NCBI GenBank assembly: GCA_964016885.1
Contig: OZ024742.1
Span: forward strand, 91,450,001-91,514,000
Reading direction: 5' to 3'
DNA: 64,000 bases
Source of the DNA: Eledone cirrhosa
Lineage: Eukaryota
Shown: positions 43,777 through 57,264 of the stretch, piece after piece
How the letters are laid out: every line of letters starts with the position of its first letter
How positions within the stretch are numbered: position 1 is the stretch's first letter
Position numbers and translations under genes: made by a program
The notes under the pieces: model-generated
Told to the model about the DNA's origin: nothing
Databases searched by the model: none
Seen by the model: only the letters and a program-made list of their open reading frames with translations

Positions 43777-43840
43777 GCCTTCTTAGTTCAGATGCTTGAG
43801 CAATGGTCATATAAAGCAGGGATTGTGAGGTCAATTTCCC
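43777..43840 (+). pseudogene. Highly degenerate tRNA-Thr-like pseudogene
   Basis: GCCTTCTTAGTTCAGATGCTTGAGCAATGGTCATATAAAGCAGGGATTGTGAGGTCAATT aligns to 35712-35784. Confidence 0.55.
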
Positions 43841-44259
43841 TTTTATTCTGTTGATTTGTAACGTTATTTGACTTATACTGGTGACTGTAATGTTATTTAT
43901 ATATTTCTACTTTAAACATCCCACTATAACTCACGCTCTATATCATTACTTCTTACTTGTACTAATGAATATTAACCGTTTCATACTCTCACTCTGAGAT
44001 ATTATTTGGTACAGGATGATAAATAGATATTAATATCATTAACATCATGGCGGTGAATATGATGAAGTCTAGCAATATCGTATCGGATATGTTGATTAAT
44101 TTCAGTGAGGTGAAATCAAGCAGGGTGCCAGTAAACTAAATCTGTTGTGACACACACACACATTATTCATGTAGTTAATGTATACAACACATGGTGGATA
44201 TTTAAGCGAATTAACATAAATATATCAAAATTGCGGCATACAGTACCGTGTCTGCGTAT

Positions 44260-44332
44260 GCCTCCGTAGCTCAGAGGTTAGAGCGCTGGTCTTGTAAATC
44301 AGGGGCCGTGAATTCAATTCTCACTGCGGGCT
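44260..44332 (+). pseudogene. Full-length tRNA-Thr(TGT) with a B-box G53A change and an acceptor mismatch (probable pseudogene)
   Basis: GCCTCCGTAGCTCAGAGGTTAGAGCGCTGGTCTTGTAAATCAGGGGCCGTGAATTCAATTCTCACTGCGGGCT. Confidence 0.75.
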
Positions 44333-44699
44333 GTATTTGTTTCTTTTTATTTTCTCTCTAAGCATTTCTTTACAACTCATTTTCTGTATAACTGCCTCTT
44401 TTTTGCACGGCTGTCACATTTCTGTTTTAAATTTACCCATTTATTACAGCTCACATTCTATATCATCGTTATGATCATCATCATGATCATCATTATAAAG
44501 TAAAGTAACTGAATATGCCCACAAATATATATACATACGTATAAACACGTGAGTGTTGGTGTGTGTGTGTGCATGCATGTGTGATTGTGATTGTGTGAGT
44601 GTATAATATAAGTTAAGATTTTTTTGTGATAAATTTAAACAATATATTTATGTACGTTAAATATCATATGGTGGAAAAAGCTAATAGGACCGCTAACAG

Positions 44700-44870
44700 G
44701 ATCGTGGGGGCAGAGCGCTCAAACATTGCTTCAAGCTTGTCCTGCTCGAAGCAACCGTTTCCAACTGATCCGGTTGGATACCAAAGCGAGACGAGCCGCG
44801 TTCATGGATGTTATCTAACCATCTAGCAACTCCTGCCGTTTGGTTTTGCCCGTAAAATCTGTCCAGCAAT
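44700..44870 (-). mobile_element. RTE LINE 3' remnant
   Basis: Homologous to 9735-9890 and 47800-47970. Confidence 0.7.
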
Positions 44871-45220
44871 TATTTCCTGAGACTTTCAAGCCACATGTCC
44901 AAAGTATCCGAGATATAACCTTTCAATTCCCAGAAGTAGCGCGAGTGAACAAGGAACGCATTCAGGCCTTAGGTAGATGGGCATGTTCGAAAAAATATTG
45001 CAGTCTTCATTTCATGCCGTAAAATCTGGCGGTGGGGCGGCGACCTGTCCTGGGAGGCGTAGGATGGACGCACCAAGATTGCGTATCACGAGACCCGAAA
45101 GAGGGTTCAGAAGGGAGCAAACATTGATAAAGATATTCAATACATATTATATCTGTATATATATGTTGTATACACCCTGCATCGAGTGCTGACTTTGGTT
45201 CTCTCACCAGTTTTCTTCGG

Positions 45221-45832
45221 ATTTACTATATATATGTTCGCTAAACCCATACGTACATATATATATATGTGTGCATGTATGTATATATATACATACTACT
45301 GTGCGTCTGAATAATTATATGTATGTACGTATACATGCATACTTACACTTAATAATCAGCCGTACTAGGGGTGAGAAATGAAGTTTCGTTTCATTCTTTT
45401 CCATTTATCGTTAGGTGCGCCCGGCCGACTAACTCGCTCGATATCCAAATTAGGCTGCTTAGCCGTTAATATGCATAATGAAAGTATATACTTTCAGACG
45501 TTCAATCATCTGACAGGAAGGTATACGATGCTGACGATAGCTAATAAGCTTGAAACTAGTACATCGTTCCTGTGTCAGTGTTGAACAAAAAGGCGACGAT
45601 GGTTGCCTGAACACTGTACGGCGTAATTCGGGCTGTTTGTTTACAAACAAACCGAACATTATAATAAATGTTCGGTAAACCCATACGTACATATATATAT
45701 GTGTGCATGTATGTATATATATACATACTACTGTGCGTCTGTATACATATATGTATGTACGTATACATACATACTTACACTTAAGTATCCGCCGTACTAA
45801 AAGTGAGAAATGAAGTTTCGTTTCATTCTTTT

Positions 45833-45836
<4 letters not shown>
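45221..45836 (+). mobile_element. Non-autonomous HHR element (family H), partial tandem of period ~432 bp, ending in (TA)n
   Basis: 45236-45404 is repeated at 45670-45836; HHR lies between the repeats. Confidence 0.8.
45525..45567 (+). ncRNA. Type I hammerhead ribozyme (family H)
   Basis: ACGATG-CTGACGA-T-AGCT AATA AGCT-T-GAAA-CTAG-TA-CATCGT; perfect stems, GUA triplet. Confidence 0.9.
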
Positions 45837-45882
<46 letters not shown>

Positions 45883-45977
45883 CTTTGATAGGTTTCGGCC
45901 AGTATTGGCCCAGGCCATGTCTAACTTAATAGCAACGCCTATATATATATATATTATAATCCTTTGTTAAATTTCGA

Positions 45978-46035
45978 ATACCTGATGATGTCACCGGATT
46001 TCTACTGAACCAAGTCATTGAAATTTTCATAGTAT
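45978..46035 (+). ncRNA. Type I hammerhead (family I), somewhat mutated
   Basis: ATAC-CTGATGA-TG...CATT-GAAA-TTTTCA-TA-GTAT; lies in inverted arms 45953-46218 / 46449-46622. Confidence 0.55.
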
Positions 46036-46212
46036 AATAAACCTTTAAGGAATTACACCAGTCCAGCCACCTGTTATGTTATAATAAGTAACTGCGTACT
46101 GGCACCACCAACAACACAAACGAAGGCGTCGAGTGCTCTCCCTAATATTACATCGAGGTTGACCATACGGAATGACCAGTTCTATCCATTGGTGAACCAA
46201 CAAACCTAAATG

Positions 46213-46263
<51 letters not shown>

Positions 46264-46537
46264 CCCCACACTGAATACCGGTGGCTTAGTTTGGATCTAG
46301 CTGTCGAAGTGACCGGAGCTCAGCCATCGGGGTCCTGACTCTTTTCCTATTACCCACTCTATAACCCTAAGTATTGACTACCCTGGTGCGTTTCGGTCCA
46401 CCTGGTATCTTACCACACCTTCTTTGTTATATATATATATATATATATACATATACATTTAGGTTTGTTGGTTCACCACTGGATAGAACTGGTCATTCCG
46501 TATGGTCAACCTCGATGTAATATTAGGGAGGTTTATT

Positions 46538-46595
46538 ATACTATGAACATTTCAATGACCGGGTTCAGTAGGAATCCGGTTACATCATCAGGTAT
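46538..46595 (-). ncRNA. Type I hammerhead (family I)
   Basis: Reverse complement ATAC-CTGATGA-TGTAACCGG...CCGGTCATT-GAAA-TGTTCA-TA-GTAT. Confidence 0.7.
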
Positions 46596-46613
46596 TCGAA
46601 ATTTAACAAAGGA

Positions 46614-46657
<44 letters not shown>

Positions 46658-47167
46658 AAGATGTATATATACGTATATTTACACAAATAGGCATACATTT
46701 GTATGTGTGTGTCTGCGCGGACGTCCTACGTGGTTGTTCAGTATACAATAGATCCGTTACTCGATTGCTGTTAGCTATCCTATCATCTTTTTCCGTCATA
46801 TTATATTTCCCGTGCCTAAATATATGTTTTATGTTTATCGCCAAATAATCTGAACTTATATTATACACACACAAGATCACACAGAAACACACTCTCGTAT
46901 GCTCGCACACAACACTCACGTGTTTATATGTATATATATATTTGTAGGAATATTCAGTTACTTTACTTTCTGATGATGATGATCATGATGATGATGACGA
47001 TCATGATGATAATCATGATAATGATATAGAGTGTGAGCTGTACTAAACCGTTTACAGGGTAAATTTAAAATAAAAATCTGACAGCCGAGCAACAAGTAAG
47101 AGGCAGTTATACAGAGAATGAGTTGTAAAGGAATGCTTAGAGAAAAAAAAAATCCACAATATATTAC

Positions 47168-47233
47168 AGCCCCAGTGAGAATTGAACTCAAGACCGCTGG
47201 TTTATAAGACCAGTGTTCTAACATCTGAGCTAT
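47168..47233 (-). pseudogene. tRNA-Thr-derived pseudogene (anticodon mutated TGT->TAT, 5' end lost)
   Basis: Reverse complement ATAGCTCAGATGTTAGAACACTGGTCTTATAAACCAGCGGTCTTGAGTTCAATTCTCACTGGGGCT. Confidence 0.75.
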
Positions 47234-47619
47234 TGCAATTTTAATATATTTATGTTAACTCGCTCAAATATCCACTACGTATTATATACATGATTGAACT
47301 CAGAACGTAAAGGGTTGTAACTCTATGCCAAGAAGCCCTACCGTTACTGCCAATCCACCTTCCTTGTTTTTTTGTTAAAATGACGATAATAATGACGGCA
47401 AGCGATATCCAATAGAAGGCTATGGTTGTGCCATATCGAATACGTTGATATATTGATTGATTTAGCAAGTATCAATGAGGTGAAGCGGTGTTTATAAAAT
47501 ATATACTGACTACATATCCAAGGTAACTTATCTTTCGTTATGATGTATATAGTATCGAGTCAGTACATAGTTTATTAACAGTTAATATGAAGTTCATGAT
47601 AATAATCCAAAATATATTA

Positions 47620-47997
47620 CGTGAATACAAGCGGGTGAAATGGGATTCCGCCAAAGAGTTTTTGGAGTAACGTTACTCGACAAGGTGCGTAGCTCGGAGG
47701 TCAGAGAATTACTCCAAGTAGAGTCGCTACTTCTCCGAATTGAGAGATCGCAGCTCCGATACTGTGGGCAAGTGGTTAGAATTTCTCAGGAAAGAATCCC
47801 TGAACAGATTTTACGGGCAAAACCAACCGGCAGGAAACCCAAGGGTAGACTCCGAGCAAGATAGTTGGATAACATCCACGCTTGGGGATCCAGCTGGATC
47901 AATAGGAGACGGGTTCTTCTGAGAGGACCCACTGGAAGGAGTGTTTGAGCACTCTTCCCCCACGATCCCCTCAGAAATAAGTGGGCGAAGAAGAAGT
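47620..47997 (+). mobile_element. RTE LINE 3' fragment with short (GAA)n tail
   Basis: MGFRQRVFGVTLLDKVRSSEVRELLQVE...KPTGRKPKGR; homologous to 9729-10082. Confidence 0.8.
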
Positions 47998-48228
47998 GGA
48001 TATCACGCGTCAATAAATATATTAAGTTTACCATGAACGAATCTTAACTATATTTTGCACACACACACCCAATCCCCCCCCCCCCACACACACACACACA
48101 TGTGCTTATGTATTTGTGAGCGTATTCAGTTACTTTACCTTCTGTTTACGATGACAACAATAATGATATAGAATGTAAACTGCAGCAAAATGTTCAGAAG
48201 GAAAATTGAAATAAATAAAAAGTATAAC

Positions 48229-48300
48229 AGTTCAACAGAGAATTGAACTCATGATCCGTGGCTAATTAGAATAGGACTCTAACCTCTGAGCTACGGAGGG
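48229..48300 (-). pseudogene. Degenerate tRNA-Thr pseudogene
   Basis: Reverse complement CCCTCCGTAGCTCAGAGGTTAGAG...ATGAGTTCAATTCTC. Confidence 0.65.
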
Positions 48301-49000
48301 TCATACAGGAAAAGTATTTTTTATATTGCTATTTAAGTCTTTTTATATTAACCAGCTGAAATATACACCATCTGTTGTATATATTGATTATAGTCTATGT
48401 AAATGAATACATGTACATGCTGGTGTATATGTACCTCATCACAAACTGAGGGTAATTATTACATAAATCAATCTATCAATATATTCGATAAGACATCCAC
48501 ATAATCTTCAACTTGGATATGGCTAGTCATCATCATCTTATTACTGTCGATAAGATATGTACTGAATCCATACCCCAGGTGTTTATCACTCACTATGATT
48601 TAAATAGGAACTCGGCACACAGTTTACCAACACTAAATTTAACGATGATGAAGATAGTAAGTCTTTCTTACTAGGTACAAGGCCAGCAATTTGAGGGGAA
48701 GGGAGAGTCGATTATATGGTAATATATGTTATTGTTCCTAGAAGGATGAAAGGCATAATTGACATTTGAAGGGTTTGATCTCATAAAGTAGAAAACCGTA
48801 ACTAAACACAGAAAACATTTCGTCCGATGCTCTACCGATACTGCCAATCATGTGTCATGATGTTGATGGTGATAATGATGACGATGATGAAAATGATAAC
48901 GACGACGACGATCGTAATGATGATTACGAGGACGATGATGATGATGTAGAGTGTAAGTTGTAAGTTCACAGGGAAAATTAAGAAAAATTAAATTCGTAGG

Positions 49001-49072
49001 AGACTCCAATGAGAAATACACTCACCTGGTTTACAAGACCAGTGCTGTCATGTCATCTCTGAGTTATAGAGT
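49001..49072 (-). pseudogene. Degenerate tRNA-Thr(TGT) pseudogene
   Basis: Reverse complement retains TAACTCAGAG..AGCACTGGTCTTGTAAACCAGG..TTCTCATTGGAG. Confidence 0.65.
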
Positions 49073-49751
49073 TCCGTATAGTGACGGATTTTATATATTG
49101 CTATTTAAATATTTTTATATTAAATGGCTCAACTAGCCTCCATGAGCTTCATATATTGATTATATATTGTGTATATCATAATGTGTGTGTGTATCACATC
49201 ACAGTTTTAAGACAAGGGCAGGTTACTTGAATTTACTTAATTGATCAATTACTAAACCAATCATCATTTTCGATGTGACATCCCTATAAGGATATTGTTA
49301 GACATCAACATCACATTGAGTGTTGATAAAATCCATATGCCTAATAATCAATAATAATCAACACATGCTCTGAATGTGCATGGTTTACTGGTTATGGTGC
49401 TCGGCTCATGACCATCATTTTTTAATTCCTCACGGCGCCCATCTGGCAGAAATGAGTTGTACATGCCCGTGTCTAACTGCATCTCTTCGAGAACTTAGTA
49501 AAGGGCATACGTATCTGTCGAATGCTGAACCACTTGCACGTTCATTTCTCGAGTAGGTTGGTCCGTTATATATATATATATATATATAAAATGTGAGAGG
49601 AAAGAAGAATACTACGTGGTTGCACATGGGTTACATATGATAAAAATACTCCTTCGTCAGTGATTTTCCAACCATCATTGGTATTTCATCGCATTACCCC
49701 TCTATACCCATCAGCAATGGACACATGGTTATATATAAATATATATATATA

Positions 49752-49860
<109 letters not shown>

Positions 49861-50063
49861 TATGTACACGTACATACATATATGTATACCGACGTACAGT
49901 AGTATGTATATATATATATACATACATGCACACATATATATATGCACGTATGGATTCACCGAATATTTATTATAATGCTCGGTGTGTTTGTAAACAAACA
50001 TCCCGTATTAAGCCGTAGTGTCTAGCAACCACCGTTGCTCGTTTGTTCAACACTGACAAAGGA

Positions 50064-50106
50064 ACGCTGTACTAGTTTCAAGCTTGTTAGCTATCGTCAG
50101 CAACGT
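50064..50106 (-). ncRNA. Type I hammerhead ribozyme (family H)
   Basis: Reverse complement ACGTTG-CTGACGA-TAGCTAACAAGCTT-GAAA-CTAG-TA-CAGCGT. Confidence 0.88.
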
Positions 50107-50485
50107 ATACCTTCCTGCCAGATTGTTGAACGTATATACTTACCTTATGCATATTAACGGCTGAGTAGCCCAATTTGCATATCGAGTGGGTTAATCGGCC
50201 GGGTGCACCGAAAACGATAAACGGAAAAAATGAAACGATGTTTCATTTCCCACTCTTAGTACGGCTGTTACTTAAATATAAGTATGTACATGTACATACA
50301 TATATGTATACCGACGTACAGTAGAATGTATATATATATATACATACATGCACACATATATATATGCACGTATGGATTCACCGAATATTTATTATAATGC
50401 TCGGTGTGTTTGTAAACAAACATCCCGTATTAAGCCGTAGTGTCTAGCAACCACCGTTGCTCGTTTGTTCAACACTGACAAAGGA

Positions 50486-50528
50486 ACGCTGTACTAGTTT
50501 CAAACTTGTTAGCTATCGTCAGCAACGT
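50486..50528 (-). ncRNA. Type I hammerhead ribozyme (family H, tandem copy)
   Basis: Same motif 422 bp away, with one G-C to G-U change in stem II. Confidence 0.85.
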
Positions 50529-50763
50529 ATATCTTCCTGCCAGATTGTTGAACGTATATACTTACCTTATGCATATTAACGGCTGAGTAGCCCAATTTGC
50601 ATATCGAGTGGGTTAATCGGCCGGGTGCACCGAAAACGATAAACATACTACTGTACGTCGGTATACATATATGTATGTACGTGTACATACTTATATTTAA
50701 GTAACAGCCGTACTAAGAGTGGGAAATGAAACGTCGTTTCATTTTTTCCGTTTATATATATAT

Positions 50764-51131
50764 ATTGGTAAACGGAATAGAAAATGCTGACAAATTGTTC
50801 ACAGTTGAAAAACGGTTTAATTAGGAATAAAAGAGTATTAGTGATTGTATGGGTTAGTATTCAGTTGTGGTTTTAAGTTTTTAAGTTTTTACCGGTGGCG
50901 CATTTCTAAATGCTTTTCAAAAATAATTTTGAGATAGAGTGTCCGTGCTGTTTGCTCTGATCTGATTAGTTTGGGGAATTCTACCTGTTTTTATGTTAAA
51001 AAAGTGGCTCCAGCGTTACTTTGGTGTTGCAAAATTTCTTGTGGTCAAAACAATTTTGATTGGTCGGTAGAGGTCATGTGAATAAAAAATTGGTTTTGCG
51101 CCAAGATTGAGAAATGACTCTTTCACAACAA

Positions 51132-51207
<76 letters not shown>

Positions 51208-51281
51208 TAGTAGTAGTAGTAAGGTGTTCGATGTTGTGATAATGGTTAGCAGCGATGTGTGTCAAATGGCTATTGAGATAA

Positions 51282-51312
<31 letters not shown>

Positions 51313-51396
51313 GCAGAGTAATTCGTGGTGGCAGGGATGGTCAGTAAGAATGTGTCTGAAAGCAATGGGGGGTATTTTAGCATGTCAAAAGATATT

Positions 51397-51468
<72 letters not shown>

Positions 51469-51948
51469 TTGTTGTGAAAGAGTCATTTCTCAATCTTTGC
51501 GCAAAACCAATTTTTTTATTCACATGACCTCTACCGACCAATCAAAATTGTTTGGGCCACAAGAATTGTTGCTGGAGCCACTTTTTTAACATAAAAACAG
51601 TCTTGGCGCAAAATCAATTTTTTACACTCACATGACCTCTACCGACCAATCAAAATTGTTTTGACTGCAAGAAATTTTGCAACACCAAAGTAACGCTGGA
51701 GCCACTGTTTTAACATAAAAACAGGTAGAATTCCCAAAACTAATCAGATCAGAGCAAACAGCACGGACACTCTATCTCAAAATTATTTTTGAAAAGCATT
51801 TAGAAATGCGCAACCGGTAAAAACTTAAAAACTTAAAACCACAACTGAATACTAACCCATACAATCACTAATACTCTTTTATTCCTAATTAAACCATTTT
51901 TCAACTGTGAACAATTTGTCAGCATTTTCTATTCCGTTTACCAATATA
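50764..51948. mobile_element. Long inverted-repeat element with degenerate U3-A8 HHR-like motifs (50886-50922 -, 51786-51823 +)
   Basis: Arms 50764-51205 / 51399-51948; motif TTT-TTGAAAA-GCATTT AG AAATGC-GCAA-CCGG-TA-AAAA has GAAA mutated. Confidence 0.7.
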
Positions 51949-51979
51949 TAATAACTTGTGTGTTACACCTCTATTCTTT

Positions 51980-52100
<121 letters not shown>

Positions 52101-52281
52101 AATTGGCAGCATCGGCAGAGGGTCGGACGCCATGCTTTCTAACATAGTTACGTCCCTTTACGGTCTGAGTTCAAATCCCGTCGAGGTTAACTTTGCCTTT
52201 CATCCTTACGGGGTCGATAAAATAAAGTACCAGTAATATACTGGGATAATTGTTGGCTTTGTGCCAAAAGTAGAAACAATA
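52101..52281 (+). mobile_element. tRNA-derived Meta-type SINE
   Basis: Matches the SINE consensus. Confidence 0.8.
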
Positions 52282-52472
52282 TATATATATATATATATAT
52301 ACAAGGCTTAGTGGTTAGAGCGTTAGGCTTGCAATTGTGAGGTTGTGAGTTAGATTCTCAGACGGGTAATGCGTTGTGTTCTTGAGCAAGACACTTCACG
52401 TTTCTCCAGTTTATTCAGTTGTAGAAATGTGTTGCGACGTCATTGGTGCCAAGCTGTATCGGCTTTAGCCTT

Positions 52473-52540
<68 letters not shown>

Positions 52541-52612
52541 CAGAAATAACAACACAATCAGTAGAGTATATGGAAGGTATATATTAGGTCAACGCTTGAT
52601 ATAGCAGGTAGA

Positions 52613-52655
52613 GGGTTTTAACGTTTCGAACGCTAGTCTTTCATCAGAAGAAAGA
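52613..52655 (-). ncRNA. Minimal hammerhead-like motif (family J; paralogue at 31165-31185 lacks stem II)
   Basis: Reverse complement CTT-CTGATGA-AAGACTAGCGTTC-GAAA-CGT-TA-AAAC; stem I is weak; repeat 52537-52745 matches 31085-31290. Confidence 0.45.
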
Positions 52656-52879
52656 ATGAGAAATAAAATAGATTAAGGGGACGGGCAGGATGGAATTGGA
52701 AAACATGTCTTTAGATAAAAATAACATTCATATTGACATCTCTTGCAAATATATATATATATATATATATATGAAAGTTGAATTTAAGATCTCGCCGTAA
52801 CTTCGACTAAATAGAATTGTCTAATAATAACCGCGAGTATAAGTCCCGTTATTATTAAACTATTTTGTTTCGTCAACTT

Positions 52880-52921
<42 letters not shown>

Positions 52922-53213
52922 TCTCTCTCTCTCTCTTTCTCACTCTCTCTCTCTCTTTCTCGCTCTCTCTCTCTCTCTCTCTCTTTCTCACTCTCTCTCT
53001 CTCTTTCTCTCTCTCTCTATATATATAAAAGGGTATGGATATTTCAACAGGCACTAGGTACCTATAGATATATGCAAGGTGTTTATAATAGTTGTGGTTC
53101 GATGGTATTAATTTGAGATACCAGAACAATATAAATGAGCGGAGCAAGCAATTATCAAACAATTCTCTAAATAAATTAAAAAACGATTTAAATAATCACC
53201 TGTTCTACTGCTC

Positions 53214-53291
<78 letters not shown>

Positions 53292-53315
53292 ATATATATA
53301 TATATATACACACAC

Positions 53316-54292
53316 GTAGAAATCTTATAACGAAACGGCCGTCTGGAAGAAATGAGATATTTATTTAATAATGTCTCATATAAAATAATACAACCAATTA
53401 TCCACGAAATACTGATTAGTTAGTACCCCAAACACTAAATTGGGATAATACTTAAGTATATCCTAATGTTTGTTGAGTGAGATGGAGTTGGTCGGAGTAT
53501 CGCTTAAGGCTTTCTCTGTTTATGTATTGAATATATACTCTTGGGAGCATGATGTTGATTCCAGATATAAGGTTTGACTCTCTTTATTATTATTATTTTT
53601 ATATGAAATACTGATTGATCTTCCTTATATCACATGTCTGATTTAGCCTTAGAGAATAGCTATGTGTATGTATGGGTGATACATGCATATATTTATTATG
53701 TTTTAATATCTCTGTGTGGGAATTAGTTGTGTATACATGTGGTTATTCTTTTAAATTTCCAATTCAGTTCTTATACACGTGGTTAATACCTAACAGATTT
53801 AATTGACCAGCGTGTATATTGTTTTATTTTAAGATGACCTCCCTTTACCCTTTTGGGGACAGCGTGTATTTTTTCTTTGAGAGAACTGCTGGATTCTAAT
53901 CTACCAGTCTCTTCTTAGTGCTGAGGGAGACCATCACCATTCTGTTAATGTCGATATAATTCTTATATCGTTATTGACTGGGCATCCACTGAAGAGTTTA
54001 TAAGCGCCCGCTTGTGTATAAAACTATGGATTATAAACACGTTTCTACATAACCTGGAAATTATTTATTCCAAATTGTAGAAATCTTATAACGAAACGGC
54101 CGTCTGGAAGAAATGAGATATTTATTTAATAATGTCTCATATAAAATAATACAACCAATTATCCACGAAATACTGATTAGTTAGCACCCCAAACACTAAA
54201 TTGGGATAATACGTAAGTATATCCTAATGTTTGTTGAGTGAGATGGAGTTGGTCGGAGTATTGCTTAAGGCTTTCTCTGTTTATGTATTGAG

Positions 54293-54295
<3 letters not shown>
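53316..54295 (+). mobile_element. Non-autonomous HHR element, partial tandem of period 761 bp, between TA/CA microsatellites
   Basis: 53316-53533 is repeated at 54077-54295. Confidence 0.8.
53985..54108 (+). ncRNA. Type I hammerhead with very long branched stem II (family K)
   Basis: TCCA-CTGAAGA-GTT(T)ATAAG...TTTCTACA...TGTAGAAA.CTTATAAC-GAAA-CGGCCG-TC-TGGA. Confidence 0.82.
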
Positions 54296-54388
<93 letters not shown>

Positions 54389-54477
54389 TACATATATATA
54401 TATATATATATCCAAGGAAAACTTGAACCGTTAAGGTATTTTTCTTGGTTATGTCAAAATTTATAAAACACACTTCG

Positions 54478-54530
54478 TATTTTATCTGATGAAAGCGTAC
54501 CAAAATTTTGGTACCCTTGAAATAGAATAA
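54478..54530 (+). pseudogene. Inactivated family A hammerhead (stem III and cleavage site deleted)
   Basis: TATTTTAT-CTGATGA-AAGC-GTACCAAAATTTTGGTAC-CCTT-GAA-ATAGAATA; flanks match 1-135. Confidence 0.65.
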
Positions 54531-54831
54531 ATATGTTTTTATAAATATAGTTTCCATTTATTTAATATCATTGAATATATATATATATATATATATATGG
54601 CGTTTAGGATGGTGGTTAGGACGGAACAGGAGGAGAAAGGAAGAAAGGAGTTTCCATCGTCAGCTGTAAATGTTTCCCGAACCGATGTTTCGGCGCTGAA
54701 TTACAGGACATCGGTGTAGTTCGGGTGCGCCCGAGGCCTTTTATTAATCAAAAGGCCAGGTGGAAAAGGAGAGAGAAAGAGAGAAAAAAAGAGAGAGAAA
54801 AGGAATATTTATATAAATATATCTATATATC

Positions 54832-54915
<84 letters not shown>

Positions 54916-55319
54916 GACTCAATCGACTTTCGTCAAATTGGACCGAGGAAACAATGTTTCCATTGGTCTTTCCAATTGCTAATACTATCTACCGGTTGCA
55001 ACTTCTGAATGCTGTATTCGTAGATACAGATTACCTTAAAGTTTTTTAAAAAATGGAACAGTCACGGCTGGAATATCTTTCGCCATATGTCTGTTCGATT
55101 CGGCATGACCTTGGACAAAAAACAACAACAGATAAAGTGTTTGATCAATCTGCTAGAAATAGCAACCAAGTATCTCTCATATATCCTACCATCTTTGAAA
55201 ATCAAGGAAGGTCACATTATATAATGTAGTCTTAGGTATACTATATTCTGAATAACAAAAATCGGAATATCCATGGTGATATATATGCTGAGTTGGGGCT
55301 GAAGTTAAATATCCCTCTC

Positions 55320-56490
55320 TTGACTCTCCTCCACCCATTCCTTCTCATTATCATCACATTCACCATTACCTCCTACCCCCTTCTCCTCCTCTCCCTCCTC
55401 CTCCTCCTTCTTCTTCTTCTTCTTCTTCTTCTTCTTCTTCTTCTTCTTCTGCCGCCTCAATCTCCACCTTCTTCTTCCTACTCCGCCACCTTCTCCCCTC
55501 CCCTCATCCTTCTCATCCCCTCCTTCCCCCTTCTCCTTCTCCTCCTTCTCCTCCGACACCCCCTTCTTCTTCTTCTTCTTCTTCTTCTTCTTCTTCTTCT
55601 TCTTCTTCTTCTTCTCCTCTTCCTCCTCCTCCTCCTTCTTCTTCATATTCTTCTTCTTCTTCTTCTTCTTCTTCTTCTTCTTCTTCTTCTTCTTCTTCTT
55701 CTTCCTCCTCCTCCTCCCCTCCCCTCCTCCTTCTCATTCCTCCTCCCCTTCCTCCTCCTCCTCCGCTCCTCCACCGTCTTCTTCTTCTTTTTCTTCTTCT
55801 TCTTCTTCTTCTTCTTCTTCTTCTTCTTCTTCTTCTTCTTCTTCTTCTTCTTCTTCTTCTTCTTCTTCTCGCCTTCCTCTTCCTCCTCCCATTTCTCCTC
55901 CTACTCATTATCATCCTCAATATCATCACCTCCCACCAATGCCCACAGCTGTTGTCGTCATCATCATCATCATCATTATCAACATCATTCTAAACATCCC
56001 CACTACAGCCATCCTCTTACTCATCCTCCTCCACCTCATTATCATCCACATCATAATCATCAGCCTTACATAATTGTGATCATCCATATCATCACCATCA
56101 CCATCACCATCACTAGCACCATCACCACACTTTTCCTCCTCCTCTTTTCACCCCCTTCTCTCTCATAATCATTACTACTACCACTATCACTAATCCCCTC
56201 ACCACTATCAACATCACCATCATCATCACTATTACCACTAAAACGTCTACCACCACCACCTCCACCACCACAACCGCCACCACCACCACCACCACCACAA
56301 CCGCCACCACAACTGCCACCACCACCACCACTATCACCAGACTCACCGCCACGACCACCACAACCGCCACGACCACCCCCACCACCACCACCACTATCAC
56401 CTGACCCACCACCAACACCATCGCTATCAACCGACCCACCACCATCACCACTCATCAAACCTACCAGCACCACCACCACCACCATGTTCT
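55320..56490. repeat. Compound trinucleotide low-complexity tract (CTT/CCT/CAT/CAC)
   Basis: Seen directly; source of the spurious poly-L/F/E/G ORFs. Confidence 0.9.
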
Positions 56491-57053
56491 TACCAAGAGT
56501 AAACTAAACTTACGTATAAAAGTAAAAGGTCACAAGGTCACAATGCAGCCAAATATTTCGGCTACTGCTATTGTTACTATGACTATATAGGCATACATTA
56601 AATTTATTGGTTGCCATAGAAATCTACAGGTGAAGGCGCGTGGCTCAGTAGTTAAGGTTAAAGGTCGAAAGGGCGTGAGTTCGATTCCCGGTTGTGTGGT
56701 GTGGGGTGTTTTTAAACAAGATGCTTTAATATAGACCATTTAGCGGGCACAAATGAGTTGTAGCTGAATCTACCTGGAAACTACGTTAAAGATGCCATCC
56801 TCATTTACGTTTATTTTATGTTCGCACATCTGGAATACTCATCGTCGTGACCGACGGAGATCCAACATAGCATACCTATTTACAAATACTGATTGATCGT
56901 TAGATATCGCTAATGAAATTATAGCACCATCACAATTATATCAGAAACCTCATTGTTTTCGGAAGGCTGTTTTCAATGATATCTGTATTAGACAAATCTT
57001 CCTTCACACACTTATATACACGTACACGAACTCGCTTTCTTTCTTAATTTTCT

Positions 57054-57125
<72 letters not shown>

Positions 57126-57231
57126 TATTTATTTATTTCCCACCTCTCTCTCTATCACGCACACATACAAACACACAAACATATATGTATGTGTGTTTGT
57201 ATGTCTGTTTCTCTCTTTCTCTTTCTCTTTT

Positions 57232-57264
<33 letters not shown>

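Noticed and set aside
47168-47233. tRNA-Ile(TAT) gene
   Set aside because: The body is tRNA-Thr-derived with the 5' acceptor strand missing; the anticodon change is a pseudogene mutation
52788-52880. Long hairpin with TTGACGA...GAAG on the - strand as an HHR
   Set aside because: U3-G8 mismatch, GAAG and no valid cleavage triplet; at best a decayed motif
55293-56485. 291-aa Leu/Phe/His-rich ORF and overlapping ORFs
   Set aside because: Trinucleotide low-complexity DNA that is open in many frames
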